NCBI GenBank assembly: GCA_034422835.1
Contig: DAOUJJ010000011.1
Coordinates: forward strand, 2,942-66,941
Reading direction: 5' to 3'
Length of the DNA: 64,000 nucleotides
Source: Dehalococcoidia bacterium
GTDB taxonomy: Bacteria > Chloroflexota > Dehalococcoidia > UBA6926
The position numbers were made by a program, and so were the translations under genes. The notes beneath the pieces were generated by a model, which was not told the origin of the DNA, searched no databases, and saw only the letters and a list, made by a program, of their open reading frames with translations. Each line of letters starts with the position of its first letter. Within the stretch, counting starts at the first letter, position 1. Shown in pieces: positions 50,515-60,521 of the stretch.

Positions 50515-51339
50515 CTAGTATTGCCCCGGTGTCCAGAGATGCGTGGATGTCGTGGGGCGGCGAGTCATCAACTCCAGGATTGCGGCGTGGGTATTCGGTC
50601 CCGCCGCGATAACCCCATCAATCAGCGTGTCCCGTCGATTGAACTGCATCGGGCGTCCATCCGCGTCCGTCACCACGCCGCCCCCCGCCTCTACAAGCAG
50701 CGCGCCTGCGGCAACGTCCCACTCATTCTTCGGTTCAAGGCTGATAACGGCATCCGCCTTGCCCGCCGCGACGAGCGCCATCTTGTACGCGATGGAGCCG
50801 ATCATCCGCACCTTGAACGGTTCGCCCCGAAAGCGATTCCACATACCCCACCGGACTTCGGTGCGCGAGGCAAGCACGGTGACGTTGGACGTCAATTCCT
50901 CGTGGTCGCTCACACGCGCAGTTTCGCCGTTTAGCGTGGTCGTGCCGCCGCGTTCTGCCAGGTAAGCCTCATTCGCCCACGGGTTCAGGATCCCCGCGGC
51001 AGTGATTTCACCGTCCACAGACAACCCGACCGACACGCACCACTCGGGACGCCCTTCGAGAAAGCCTCGTGTGCCGTCGATGGGATCAACCACCCACACA
51101 CGTTCCATGTCGATGCGATGGCCGTCATCATGGGTCTCCTCAGACAGCCACCCCTCGCCCGGGCGAACGAGCGCCTTGTGCAGCTGTTCATCAAGAGCGT
51201 GGTCGGCCTCCGTTACCGGGCCGTCCGACCCCTTATGCTGTACGTACACGGAGGACGGCGAGAATGTGCTCGCAAGTTCGGCGGACTCTTCCAGCGCGGC
51301 GGCAATCCGGCCCAGGTCAGACTCCATGCCGCTGGTCAT
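50515..51339 (-). CDS. Inositol monophosphatase / CysQ-family phosphatase
   Basis: WLSEE, DPIDGTRGF, WDVAAG. Start set at MTSGMES. Confidence 0.88.
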   Translation of the reverse strand: MTSGMESDLGRIAAALEESAELASTFSPSSVYVQHKGSDGPVTEADHALDEQLHKALVRPGEGWLSEETHDDGHRIDMERVWVVDPIDGTRGFLEGRPEWCVSVGLSVDGEITAAGILNPWANEAYLAERGGTTTLNGETARVSDHEELTSNVTVLASRTEVRWGMWNRFRGEPFKVRMIGSIAYKMALVAAGKADAVISLEPKNEWDVAAGALLVEAGGGVVTDADGRPMQFNRRDTLIDGVIAAGPNTHAAILELMTRRPTTSTHLWTPGQY

Positions 51340-51367
51340 GCCGTAGTACGCGCGATGGAAACGGGCA

Positions 51368-53677
51368 TCAGGACGCGAGCGCGCTGCGCTTGTTGTTGAG
51401 ATAGTCGACGAGCACGTACTGCCCCAGCTTGTCAGGCTGCGTGAAGAACGCGCGCCCACGATTGAGCCGCGTCATCTGCCGTACAAAGTTGACCAGGTAG
51501 TACGCCATCTCCAGCATGAAGACATTGATGGTGATGCCCTCCTGCGTGCAGCGTTTGACCTCGCGCAGCGTCATGTCGATGGTGCGCTGGCTGGGCGGGT
51601 ACGTGAAGTAGGGCGCGCCGCCCTCCAGGTGGGCCGTCGGCTCGCCGTCCGTGACCATGATCACCTGCCGCGTGCTTGAGCGGTGCTTGTTGAGCAGCTG
51701 GCGTGAGATCATCAGCGCGTGCTGCATGTTGGTGCCGGGGGAATAGCCGCCCCACGTCGCCTTGACCAGTTCATCGCCCTTGAGCTCCCATGCATAGTCG
51801 GCAAATCCCACCACGTACAGGTTGTCACGCGGGAACTGCATCTTGATGAGCGTGTGCAGGGCCAACGCCATGCGTTTGGCGGCGTCAAAGCTGCCGCTGA
51901 TTGCCATTGACCGGCTCTGGTCCAGCAGTATCACCGTGCTCGCCTGCGTCAGCGCCTCGTCGCGATAGACCTCGAAATCATCGGGGGTAATTGTAAGCGG
52001 GGTGCCGGGGCCGCTCCGCATGACGGCGTTCTTGACCGTCCGCGACATGTGGACGTCAAAGTGGTCCCCGAACTCATAGATCTTCGTGGACTCCTCGTCC
52101 TTCTCGCCGAAGAGGCCGTTCTTGCGCATTTCATGCGCGCCGATTCCGGCGCTCCGCAGCCTGTTAAATATATCCTTGAGTGCCTTTTCACCGATCTTGC
52201 GGATGCCGCGAGGAGTCAGTTCCAGCTTGTCGCCATTCTTGCGGATATAGCCCGCCTTTTCGAGTTGCTCCTGGAGTTGGCGCAGCCAATCGAGGTCACG
52301 CGCGGCGTCCTCACCGACGAGATCCTCCACCTGATCTCGGTCTATTTCGTCGATGTCGCCACGGCGCTCGGCGGCGCGCAGTTGCGCCTCAAGATCATCG
52401 ATCTGCTGAAGCTGGTCCATCAGGCGCATGGCTTCCTGCAGCGACAGCGACTCATCACCGGCGAACGGATAATTCTGCCGCATCTCCTGCATGGGCATCA
52501 GGGATTCCATCAGCGATGAGAGTTCCGCCATTTCCTGCATCAGTTCAGGGTCGTTGAGCGCCGCCTCCATCGTTTCTTGAAGCTGTTGCCGCATGTCCTC
52601 CGGCAGGCTGTCCATCAACGACTGGAACTGTGACATCTGCTCCATCAGGCGATCCAGCAGTTCGTCGATGTCACGGGGCGGGTCGTCGCCGAACATGCTG
52701 CCCCACTTGTCCATGAATTCATCGAATTTGGGATCATTCCCCTGCGCATAGTCGCGCAACATGTCGTTCAGGTCGCGCATCATCTGCCTGCTCGCTTCCA
52801 TCTGCTCAGGCGTGATGTTCTGCATCTGCTGCATCATGTTCTGCATGTAGGACTGCGCGGCCTGTTGGCGGAGTGAATCCAGCAGCTCCTGGAATTTCTC
52901 TCGCGCCTCTTCGTCCATGAAGTCATAGTCGCTGAGTTCCTTGATGGCCCCGCCGGGATCGTTGGGCAGCGCGTCCATGAAGTCCATCTTGCGCTGGGCC
53001 ATATTCTCCAGCGCCTGCGCCGTCATGCGGTCCATGCCCTGCCCGCGCTGTGAGCGCTGCCCCGCGCCCTGCTGCTGATCGCCCTGCTGGCCGCCGGACT
53101 GTTGGCCGGACTGTTGGCCGGACTGCTGCCCCGAGTCTGAATCCGCGTCGGAGTTTTCGCGGTCCTGGCGAGAACCGAGTTCCCGCTCAAGCTGCTCCAG
53201 GAATCGTTGAAGCTCTTCCTCCGCCGCCTGTCGACCTGAGCCGGGCTGCATGTTATCCGAGTCCTGTTGAGGAGATTGACCGTCCTGTGATTCCGATGGC
53301 GCATTGCCGCCGCCCTGCTCGGCATCAGGCGCATCCCGCATCGCATCGTGCGCTTCCTGCATCCGCTGTTCGAGGGTGTCCCGTTCCAGGTCGCGGATCT
53401 CTTGCAGTTTCTCGCGGATTCCGTCAAGAACGGAGTTGAGGTCATAACGGTCGAGGTAGTTCTGACGCTGTTGGCGGAGACGCTCCGTCATCTGGCGAAT
53501 GCCATCGATGTTCCGTCCGTCCTGCATGTCATAGCCGCGCATCATCATGCGGCGCAGGGCGCGGCGGATGTCTCCGTGGGTGGCGAGGTCGTCTGAGATG
53601 GCCTCCATCAAGTCTTCCGGCGCGGCGCCGAAAGGCTCCTGCGTGTTATCCCATCGGCCGTATCTGAAAATCGGCAT
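51368..53677 (-). CDS. VWA-domain protein with a Q/G/S-rich insert
   Basis: MIDAS LLDQSRSM, GTNMQHAL, VTDGEPT. Start set at MPIFRYGRWD. Confidence 0.88.
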   Translation of the reverse strand: MPIFRYGRWDNTQEPFGAAPEDLMEAISDDLATHGDIRRALRRMMMRGYDMQDGRNIDGIRQMTERLRQQRQNYLDRYDLNSVLDGIREKLQEIRDLERDTLEQRMQEAHDAMRDAPDAEQGGGNAPSESQDGQSPQQDSDNMQPGSGRQAAEEELQRFLEQLERELGSRQDRENSDADSDSGQQSGQQSGQQSGGQQGDQQQGAGQRSQRGQGMDRMTAQALENMAQRKMDFMDALPNDPGGAIKELSDYDFMDEEAREKFQELLDSLRQQAAQSYMQNMMQQMQNITPEQMEASRQMMRDLNDMLRDYAQGNDPKFDEFMDKWGSMFGDDPPRDIDELLDRLMEQMSQFQSLMDSLPEDMRQQLQETMEAALNDPELMQEMAELSSLMESLMPMQEMRQNYPFAGDESLSLQEAMRLMDQLQQIDDLEAQLRAAERRGDIDEIDRDQVEDLVGEDAARDLDWLRQLQEQLEKAGYIRKNGDKLELTPRGIRKIGEKALKDIFNRLRSAGIGAHEMRKNGLFGEKDEESTKIYEFGDHFDVHMSRTVKNAVMRSGPGTPLTITPDDFEVYRDEALTQASTVILLDQSRSMAISGSFDAAKRMALALHTLIKMQFPRDNLYVVGFADYAWELKGDELVKATWGGYSPGTNMQHALMISRQLLNKHRSSTRQVIMVTDGEPTAHLEGGAPYFTYPPSQRTIDMTLREVKRCTQEGITINVFMLEMAYYLVNFVRQMTRLNRGRAFFTQPDKLGQYVLVDYLNNKRSALAS
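53094..53129. repeat. In-frame 12-bp tandem repeat encoding (QQSG)3
   Basis: CCGGACTGTTGG x2 plus CCGGACTGCTGC. Confidence 0.85.
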
Positions 53678-53811
53678 CGGAGCTACCCTCGTGGAACGCA
53701 TTCGGCAGTGGTGATGGCCAAGCCGCCGGCGTCCCCTGTTCCCCATCGCTTGGCTTTCGGCCAATCATACATTGACAGCTATCCCCCCGCCAAACCTCTA
53801 CTCCCAAGCAC

Positions 53812-53900
53812 CCCGTTCCCACTGAGCCTCAACCCCCGTTCGCACTGAGCTTGTCGAAGTGTGAACATCCGACGCGGTTCGACAGGCTCACCGCGAACGG
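53812..53900. repeat. REP-like palindromic element, copy 2, preceded by a partial arm
   Basis: CCCGTTCGCACTGAGCTTGTCGAA ... TTCGACAGGCTCACCGCGAACGG. Confidence 0.8.
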
Positions 53901-53947
53901 GTAAACGCCCTACCCCACACGCCCATGATGCTGTACTATGGTCGATG

Positions 53948-54066
53948 TCCCGGTGACTCTGGCGAAGCGGACCCACCCGTTCCCATCCCGAACACGGAAG
54001 TGAAACGTTTCAGCGCCGACGATACTGGAGGGGCAGCCCTCTGTGGAAAATAGGTCGTTGCCGGGG
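53948..54066 (+). rRNA. rrf: 5S rRNA, unlinked from 16S/23S
   Basis: CCCGGTGAC...CCCATCCCGAACACGGAAGTGAA...GCGCCGACGATACT...GGAAAATAGGTCGTTGCCGGGG; terminal helix closes. Confidence 0.95.
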
Positions 54067-54090
54067 CTTTTTCTTTGCCCATAATTCTGT

Positions 54091-54918
54091 ATGACTAGCC
54101 AACCCGATAACCCACAAACAGCGGCAGGCGCGTTCCGCGCCGGTGACCTCGTTCTGCTCACCGACCGCAAGCGGCGCAAGTACCTCGTCACGCTCAAAGA
54201 GGGCGGCGAGTTTCACTCCCACGCCGGCATCATCTCCCACAACGACATGATCGGCCGGCCCGAGGGGAGCGAGTTCAGAACGTCCCAGCGCGGCGGCGTC
54301 TACCTCGCCCTGCGCCCCACGCTCGCCGACTACATCCTCACGATGAAGCGCGGCGCAACGCCAATCTACCCCAAGGACATCGGCCCGATTCTCACCCATG
54401 CGGATATCCGCCCCGGGGCAAGGGTGGTCGAGGCGGGCATCGGCTCAGGCGCGCTGACAATCGCGCTGCTGCAAGCCGTCGGCGAATCCGGCCACGTCTA
54501 TTCCTATGAAACCCGTGAGGACTTTGCCGCGCTGGCGCAGCGCAACGTCTCCGACTTTCTGCCCGATGATTCAGCCAACCGACTTACCGTCCACGTATCC
54601 GACATCTACGCGGACGGCATCAAGGAAGAAGACATCGACCGCGTCGTGCTGGATCTGCCGGAGCCATCGCGAGTCATTCCTCATGCGCGGGAGGCGATGC
54701 GGCCGGGCGGAATCTTCCTGGCCTTTGTGCCAACGACGTTGCAGTTACACCGACTGTGGCAAGACCTGGAGGCCGACCCGGTATTTGACCTGATCGAACA
54801 GTTTGAGATCGCCCTGCGCTCCTGGGACGCCGGCCCCAACACCCTCCGCCCCGCGCACCGCATGGTCGCCCACACCGGCTTCATCACAACGGCTCGAAGG
54901 TTGGCAGACCCTGCCTAG
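54091..54918 (+). CDS. trmI: tRNA (adenine-N1)-methyltransferase (TrmI/GCD14)
   Basis: IYPKDIG, VVEAGIGSGALT, LDLPEP, RPAHRMVAHTGF. Confidence 0.92.
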   Translation: MTSQPDNPQTAAGAFRAGDLVLLTDRKRRKYLVTLKEGGEFHSHAGIISHNDMIGRPEGSEFRTSQRGGVYLALRPTLADYILTMKRGATPIYPKDIGPILTHADIRPGARVVEAGIGSGALTIALLQAVGESGHVYSYETREDFAALAQRNVSDFLPDDSANRLTVHVSDIYADGIKEEDIDRVVLDLPEPSRVIPHAREAMRPGGIFLAFVPTTLQLHRLWQDLEADPVFDLIEQFEIALRSWDAGPNTLRPAHRMVAHTGFITTARRLADPA

Positions 54919-56132
54919 AACAGCCGGCCCCGGCTCTCGTCCTGCAACCGCTCCACTGCGCGGCCAAGCCGTCGCAGTCCCTCGCCGATGTTATCGATGG
55001 ACACTTCGCTGAACGCGAACCGCATGTACTGCGTGGGCGGCTCATCTTCAACGAAGAAACGGGACCCGGGCGCGAAGGACACCCGCTCCTCGCGCGCCAG
55101 TTCCCACAGCCGCGGCACGTCCACATCCTTATGCGCCTCAAGCCAGAAGAAAAACCCTCCCGCGGGGGTGGTCCACTGCGCCATCGGCCCAAGATTTTCC
55201 TTGACGGCAAGGCTGAACGCAGTGCGTTTGCGCCGGTACACCTCGCGCACCCGATTGAGATGCGGATCGAGTTGATCATTGGCGAGGAATCGCGCCAGCA
55301 TCCGGGAGAGAGTCACGCTCGTCCCCATGTCCGTGCGGTTGGCCGCCGCGTGCTGAACGGCGGGAGGCGAACCCGTGAGCCAGCCGATTCGCAGCCCCGG
55401 GCCGATTACCTTGCTGAAGGTGCCCACCTGCACCGTCTGCTCCGGCGCGAGCGACAGCAATGACGGCGCATCGATGCCGTCGATGCCTACCTCCGCATAC
55501 GCCGCGTCCTCAACGATGAGGCAACCGGCATTCGCGGCAAGTTCGACAAGCCGCCTGCGCAGCATAGTCGGCATCTGAACGCCGGTTGGGTTTTGATAAT
55601 CGGGCGTGAGATAGATCAGCTTGGGACGGTCGCCCGCCGCCCGCAAGCCTGAGAGAGTCTGTTCAAGCTCATCGATATCGAGTCCGTTCGCCCCGGACGA
55701 GACGGGCACGAGCCGCGCGCCGTGCGCCCGGAACGTCCACAGCGAGCCCGTGAACGTCGGATTCTCCGTAATCACAACGTCGCCGGGGTCGATGAACGTG
55801 GCACAGACACTGTCCAATGCTTGAGAGGCGCCCGTCGTGATGACAACGTGCTCCGGTGGAGTCTCGACTCCATGCAGCCTCGAAACCCGTTCCGCAATCT
55901 GTTCCCGCAAACTGATATCGCCCATCGACGAGCCATACTGGAGCGCGGCGATGCCCTCTTCTGCGATAACGGCTTGTGCCGCCTCATCGAGTTGTTCCAA
56001 TGGCAAAGTCTCGGGGTCGGGAACACCCGCGCCAAACCCTATCGTTCCCTCCGGCATCGGCGTGACACTGCTCCACGGGTGCTGCAGGCCGCCCCGTCGC
56101 GACAGCAAACTGTTGAACGTTTCCGCATCCAC
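54915..56132 (-). CDS. PLP-dependent class I/II aminotransferase
   Basis: YLTPDYQNPTG, IVEDAAY, GTFSKVIGPGLRIGW. Confidence 0.9.
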   Translation of the reverse strand: MDAETFNSLLSRRGGLQHPWSSVTPMPEGTIGFGAGVPDPETLPLEQLDEAAQAVIAEEGIAALQYGSSMGDISLREQIAERVSRLHGVETPPEHVVITTGASQALDSVCATFIDPGDVVITENPTFTGSLWTFRAHGARLVPVSSGANGLDIDELEQTLSGLRAAGDRPKLIYLTPDYQNPTGVQMPTMLRRRLVELAANAGCLIVEDAAYAEVGIDGIDAPSLLSLAPEQTVQVGTFSKVIGPGLRIGWLTGSPPAVQHAAANRTDMGTSVTLSRMLARFLANDQLDPHLNRVREVYRRKRTAFSLAVKENLGPMAQWTTPAGGFFFWLEAHKDVDVPRLWELAREERVSFAPGSRFFVEDEPPTQYMRFAFSEVSIDNIGEGLRRLGRAVERLQDESRGRLF

Positions 56133-56286
56133 CGCTCTGAACCCCCAAGCGCCGCGTTCAATCGAATATCTAATCCATCATGTGCCCTGAGTTCGAGGCG
56201 GGCAACTGTCCCGCCTTGACATTCCCCTGCGGTGAGCGCATACATAGTCCTACGCCGCATCATCCACGCGTGGCGCGGCAACGTGA

Positions 56287-56361
56287 GCGGGCGTAACTCA
56301 GTGGTAGAGTGTCTGCTTCCCAAGCAGAATGTCGTGGGTTCGATCCCCATCGCCCGCTCCA
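56287..56361 (+). tRNA. tRNA-Gly(CCC)
   Basis: Full cloverleaf GCGGGCG/CGCCCGC, anticodon loop TTCCCAA, TTCGATC loop, encoded CCA. Confidence 0.97.
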
Positions 56362-56391
56362 CCTCCACCCACCCGTTACACTTAAAGAACC

Positions 56392-57723
56392 ATGTTTGAA
56401 GCACTTACCGAACGACTCACCGGCGTTTTCAATCGACTTTCAGGCCGCGGCCGCATCACCGAAGCGGACGTTGAAGAGGCGCTGCGCGAGGTCCGACGCG
56501 CCCTCCTTGAGGCCGACGTCAACCTCCGCGTGGTACGCGAACTCCAACAGAGCATCCGCGACCGCGCCGTCGGTGAGGAGGTCCTTCAGTCCGTCACGCC
56601 CGTCCAGCAGATCATCAAGATCGTGCAGGAGGAACTGACGGACGTTCTCGGCAAGGAGCATCGGAATCTCGATGCGGGCGACAGCCGCCCCGCCACCATC
56701 CTCCTTGTTGGCCTGCAGGGCTCCGGCAAGACGACAACCGCCGCCAAGCTCGCCTCCAACCTGGTGCAGCAGGGGCAGGCCGTCTCACTCGGCGCAGGCG
56801 ACGTGCGCCGTCCCGCCGCCATCGAGCAACTGACCGCGCTCGGCAGCCAGATCAACGTGCCTGTCCACGCGGAGCCGGGCAATTCGAACGCCGTCGCCGT
56901 CGCCAAATCGTCCCTTGCCGCCGCCCGCGATGCGAACGCCCATTGGCACATCTTTGACACCGGTGGACGGCTGCAGGTCGATGATGAGCTGATGAAAGAA
57001 CTGGCGGACGTGCGCAAGGCGCTCAACCCCGCCGAGGTGCTGCTTGTTGTCGATGCCATGACCGGCCAGGACGCCGTCAACGCCGCGGAGGAGTTCCATC
57101 GACAGGTGCCGCTGACAGGTCTTGTCCTCACCAAGATGGACGGCGACGCGCGCGGCGGTGCGGCTTTGTCCATCACGTCCGTCACCGGCTTGCCCGTCAT
57201 GTTCATCGGCGTTGGCGAGCGCATGGACGCGCTGGAGCCGTTCTACCCGGACAGGCTGGCAGGCCGCATCCTCGGCATGGGCGATGTGGTCACTCTCGTC
57301 GAAAAGGCGCAGCAGACCATCGACGAGGAAAAGGCGCGGGAGATGGAGCGCAAGCTCCGCACCGCCAGCTTCGACCTCAACGATTTCCTGGAGCAGATGA
57401 ACCAGCTGCGCAACATGGGCGGCATGGCGAACCTGGTGGATATGATCCCCGGTTTCAACCAGATCAAGGGCAAGGTATCCGCCGACGCATTCGACGAGAA
57501 GCAAATCAAGCGCGTGGAGGCCATCGTGCTGTCCATGACGCAGGAGGAACGGCAGAGGCCGGAGATCATCGGCGGCAGCAGGAGGAAACGCATCGCGCGG
57601 GGCAGCGGCACACAGCCCGCGGACGTGAACCGTCTACTCAATCAGTTCGGCGAGATGCGCAAGATGATGAAGCAGCTATCGTCCGGCAAAAAGATTCGCG
57701 GTTTGCCGTTCAAGCTTGGCTAA
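56392..57723 (+). CDS. ffh: Signal recognition particle protein
   Basis: GLQGSGKTT, DTGGRLQ, TKMDGDARGG, M-domain. Confidence 0.97.
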   Translation: MFEALTERLTGVFNRLSGRGRITEADVEEALREVRRALLEADVNLRVVRELQQSIRDRAVGEEVLQSVTPVQQIIKIVQEELTDVLGKEHRNLDAGDSRPATILLVGLQGSGKTTTAAKLASNLVQQGQAVSLGAGDVRRPAAIEQLTALGSQINVPVHAEPGNSNAVAVAKSSLAAARDANAHWHIFDTGGRLQVDDELMKELADVRKALNPAEVLLVVDAMTGQDAVNAAEEFHRQVPLTGLVLTKMDGDARGGAALSITSVTGLPVMFIGVGERMDALEPFYPDRLAGRILGMGDVVTLVEKAQQTIDEEKAREMERKLRTASFDLNDFLEQMNQLRNMGGMANLVDMIPGFNQIKGKVSADAFDEKQIKRVEAIVLSMTQEERQRPEIIGGSRRKRIARGSGTQPADVNRLLNQFGEMRKMMKQLSSGKKIRGLPFKLG

Positions 57724-57728
57724 CCGCC

Positions 57729-57841
57729 CCCGTTCACCCTGAGCTTGCCGAAGGGCCCCGTCATCCCCCGACGCCTTCCCGTTCACTCTGAGCTTGTCGA
57801 AGGGCCGCCACCAACCGGTTCACCCTGAGTTTGTCGAAGGG
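57729..57841 (+). repeat. Three tandem left arms of the REP-like element
   Basis: CCCGTTCACCCTGAGCTTGCCGAAGGG (57729), CCCGTTCACTCTGAGCTTGTCGAAGGG (57778), CCGGTTCACCCTGAGTTTGTCGAAGGG (57816). Confidence 0.85.
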
Positions 57842-58146
57842 CCCCCGTCATTCCCGCGTAGACCTTCCCGCAGCCGCGCAACGAGCGGCTTCAGCGACTC
57901 CAGCAGCGCGTTGGCCTCTTCCGGTGGAATCTCAAACGGCTTACGATTCGTCTCCGGAAAGACCATCCAGAAATAGAACCCTTCCCACGCGCGATCTGCC
58001 GCCATATCGTTGCGCGCCCGCATGATCGTCTCCAGGTATTTGCCGTGAAACCGCTGCCGGACATGCTCGCGCAGCCCTTCGTCCCCCGTCAAAGAGGGCG
58101 AGGTCTCAAACACAGCAAGCCAATCTTCCGCAGTTGGGATGGTCAT
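57820..58146 (-). CDS. Hypothetical protein
   Basis: ATGA overlap with the upstream nuclease stop; no recognised motif; its 3' end runs into a REP-like arm. Confidence 0.5.
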   Translation of the reverse strand: MTIPTAEDWLAVFETSPSLTGDEGLREHVRQRFHGKYLETIMRARNDMAADRAWEGFYFWMVFPETNRKPFEIPPEEANALLESLKPLVARLREGLRGNDGGPSTNSG

Positions 58147-59213
58147 TCAACTACTACGTCAGACGGCTTACGATACGTCGGCCCATTAGGATCAATAATC
58201 TTGGCGATGGATTCAAGTTCGGTGACGATGGCGTTTAGAGTAGCTTCGCGTGGTACATCCTGCGGCAACGGGATTGAGACATTGACTCTCATCCAACTGA
58301 GGAGCCCCGACTGAGATTCGGCTCGGCCTGCCATCTTTACACGAACCTCGTCTAGCGTGACCCTGCCAGAGTCATCATAGAACGATAACCACAACTGCTT
58401 GTCAGGTACCTGCTTGGCGACCTCATCCACGGTGCCAAGCCAAACGTACAGACCAGCAAGGCGAAGATACCTGCCGTAGTATCCAAATCCCTGCCCTACG
58501 GTCAATCCTTCAGTATTCGCCCAGCCGGATTCTCTCAGTCGGGCAACAGCTTCCGCCAACATCAACTTGAGTTCCTCACCCCGCGTGTCACTTCTACCCT
58601 CGACCGCGGCTACAGCAAGTGCCTGCAATTCCACAATCTCAAACATAGCTTGTGCTTTGTTATCGTGTCCTACCCTGTCTGCCAACTTCTGGAGCAAATG
58701 CTTCCAACTTGTGAGCATCAGGTGGCGTTTGCCATTGGATTCAGACGCCACGACTAAGCTCTCGCTCTGGTCAGCGGCACCCAGTTCATGTCCTTTCTCA
58801 CGCAGCCGACTAACCAGTTCATCCCATAGTCCAGGGGTCTCGACACGGTATTGAGGAGCCAGGAATAGCAGCACGCTCCGTTTGTCCGTCGGCAGGTTTT
58901 CCCAATAGGTAACTGGCTGATTGTGAGTCAGGGGCGCCCAGAATTTCGATTCGACGTATGCCAATAAGTTGTCATCGGAGTCGTGCAGGGCCATATCCGG
59001 GTAAGCGCCGGACGCCACAAGGAATGACTGTGTTTCCGCCTTTGCGATGGACAGAGGGGCGTCGGCATCACCCAGAAATTCGGACAGCGCCGCGCGTGCC
59101 GAGGCAGAGCGGTTCAGAATAAAACTCAGTGCGTCCGTCGCGACATCCTCCAGCCCGACGGTGTGCCGAACGGCAATGTAACTAAGGAGGCTATCGTTAT
59201 CGGAAATCGTCAT
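58143..59213 (-). CDS. PD-(D/E)xK nuclease-superfamily protein
   Basis: EDVATDALSFIL, YPDMAL...YVESKFWAPLT..QP..Y. Confidence 0.7.
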   Translation of the reverse strand: MTISDNDSLLSYIAVRHTVGLEDVATDALSFILNRSASARAALSEFLGDADAPLSIAKAETQSFLVASGAYPDMALHDSDDNLLAYVESKFWAPLTHNQPVTYWENLPTDKRSVLLFLAPQYRVETPGLWDELVSRLREKGHELGAADQSESLVVASESNGKRHLMLTSWKHLLQKLADRVGHDNKAQAMFEIVELQALAVAAVEGRSDTRGEELKLMLAEAVARLRESGWANTEGLTVGQGFGYYGRYLRLAGLYVWLGTVDEVAKQVPDKQLWLSFYDDSGRVTLDEVRVKMAGRAESQSGLLSWMRVNVSIPLPQDVPREATLNAIVTELESIAKIIDPNGPTYRKPSDVVVE

Positions 59214-59246
59214 TCTCCCTCCGCATCGACGTTGTCTCTCGCGCCT

Positions 59247-60119
59247 CTACCCATCAATCTCAATCAGTATCCGGCAGTGGTCGCTCGATCCCCACTCGTC
59301 CACTTCATTCAGGGCACGGACATTGATGGATTCATGGAACCCACGAGAGGCAAAGGCGAAGTCAAGCTGTCTGTTGTCGGTCACTGCCGGGTTGTTGTTA
59401 TGCGAGTACGTAATGACGTTTCGGGAATCCGCCGGCTCACCTGGCAGCCGCTTTTCTGCCTGTCGTCCATTCGGAGCCTGCGGCCCGATGAACTCCAGCC
59501 CGATGGCCCGCATCCGATCAAATACAGAGCGGTATCTCGCCTCCCAATATGGATCACCGCCGTCACCATAACCATGGAAGATGTTTAGATCACCGCTGGC
59601 CACAATCCGATGTGTGCCGGGATTCTCATGGCCGATGAACGCCGCAAGATCGGAGATGATTCGATGCACAGAGGCATCGGCGTATATCCACCTGGAACCC
59701 GTGCTGGCATGCGGCCCCAACCACCGCCCATACATAGATACTGCGATGAATGGCTCAACCGAGCCATCCTTAGTTGTGACGCGCGCAGCCGCCATCGTGC
59801 CGATGCCGCTAACGGAGATCTCATCACTATTCCCTGTCCATCCAGGGCCAATTTGCGTAAACCACTCAACATCCACGCGATCCGAGATCTTCACGATCAT
59901 CGGCGGGTTAGCAAAGAGATTTATCCAACCGCGCCCCTCCCACCAGTCAGAGTTCCAGTGCCGCGAGTCATACGACTCTTTCGGGCCGATTCCCACGCCG
60001 TGAACATCTCCCGGAGGCTGTCCTGCTTCCTGCAAGAGCGCAACGTCGGCATCCATCTTGGCGAGTTCCCGCCAAGGATCAAGCCGTCCCGCAATATTCC
60101 AGCTAACAACACGAATCAC
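59247..60119 (-). CDS. Endonuclease/exonuclease/phosphatase (EEP) family protein 1
   Basis: VIRVVSWNI, ALLQE, SGDLN, QLDFAF, GSSDHCRI. Start set at GTG 60119. Confidence 0.85.
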   Translation of the reverse strand: MIRVVSWNIAGRLDPWRELAKMDADVALLQEAGQPPGDVHGVGIGPKESYDSRHWNSDWWEGRGWINLFANPPMIVKISDRVDVEWFTQIGPGWTGNSDEISVSGIGTMAAARVTTKDGSVEPFIAVSMYGRWLGPHASTGSRWIYADASVHRIISDLAAFIGHENPGTHRIVASGDLNIFHGYGDGGDPYWEARYRSVFDRMRAIGLEFIGPQAPNGRQAEKRLPGEPADSRNVITYSHNNNPAVTDNRQLDFAFASRGFHESINVRALNEVDEWGSSDHCRILIEIDG

Positions 60120-60123
60120 TCTG

Positions 60124-60521
60124 TCACTCTCCGACAAGCGCCACTCCGTCAATGCGGGAGAATCTGCGATCAAAGGTGTAGAGGGGCAGCGCGCCCATCC
60201 TGCGTGACGCTTCAAAGATCAGCAGATCAGAAAAACCATGATTGCTGTCACGGTAGAGTCGCATGGCATTGCCCACGTCATCCACCGTCTCCACGATGAC
60301 GTTATCCCTACCGATCAGGAAGATTATCTCGGCAGCTATGTGTTCCCGTGGGAATCGATAGCTGCGTTCGAGCACCCAAACAGTTTCGAGGATAACTTCT
60401 CGACAAATGAAACCTGGACTCTCCGGCGTCAGGCTTGCAACAAACGCCGGGCTCTTTCAGATTGGTCAGCATCGTCACCAAGAATTGAGCGCAGCAACAC
60501 GTTGGCGTCAATACTGATCAC
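60124..60521 (-). pseudogene. PIN-domain toxin with a 1-nt frameshift
   Basis: VISIDANVLLR...RRLLQA then TGA (60429-60431); the fold continues in another frame as LTPESPGFICREVILETVWVL...FSDLLI...YTFDRR. Confidence 0.8.

Noticed and set aside
56160-56290. SRP RNA near ffh
   Set aside because: Only a short hairpin (AGGCGGG/CCCGCCT); I could not find the conserved SRP domain IV motif.
56287-56361. tRNA-Gly as an integration site
   Set aside because: No duplicate of its 3' end was seen in the window and ffh follows directly.
57729-57841. CRISPR array
   Set aside because: Only three imperfect repeats, with irregular short gaps (about 22 and 11 nt), the same sequence forming REP hairpins elsewhere, and no cas genes.
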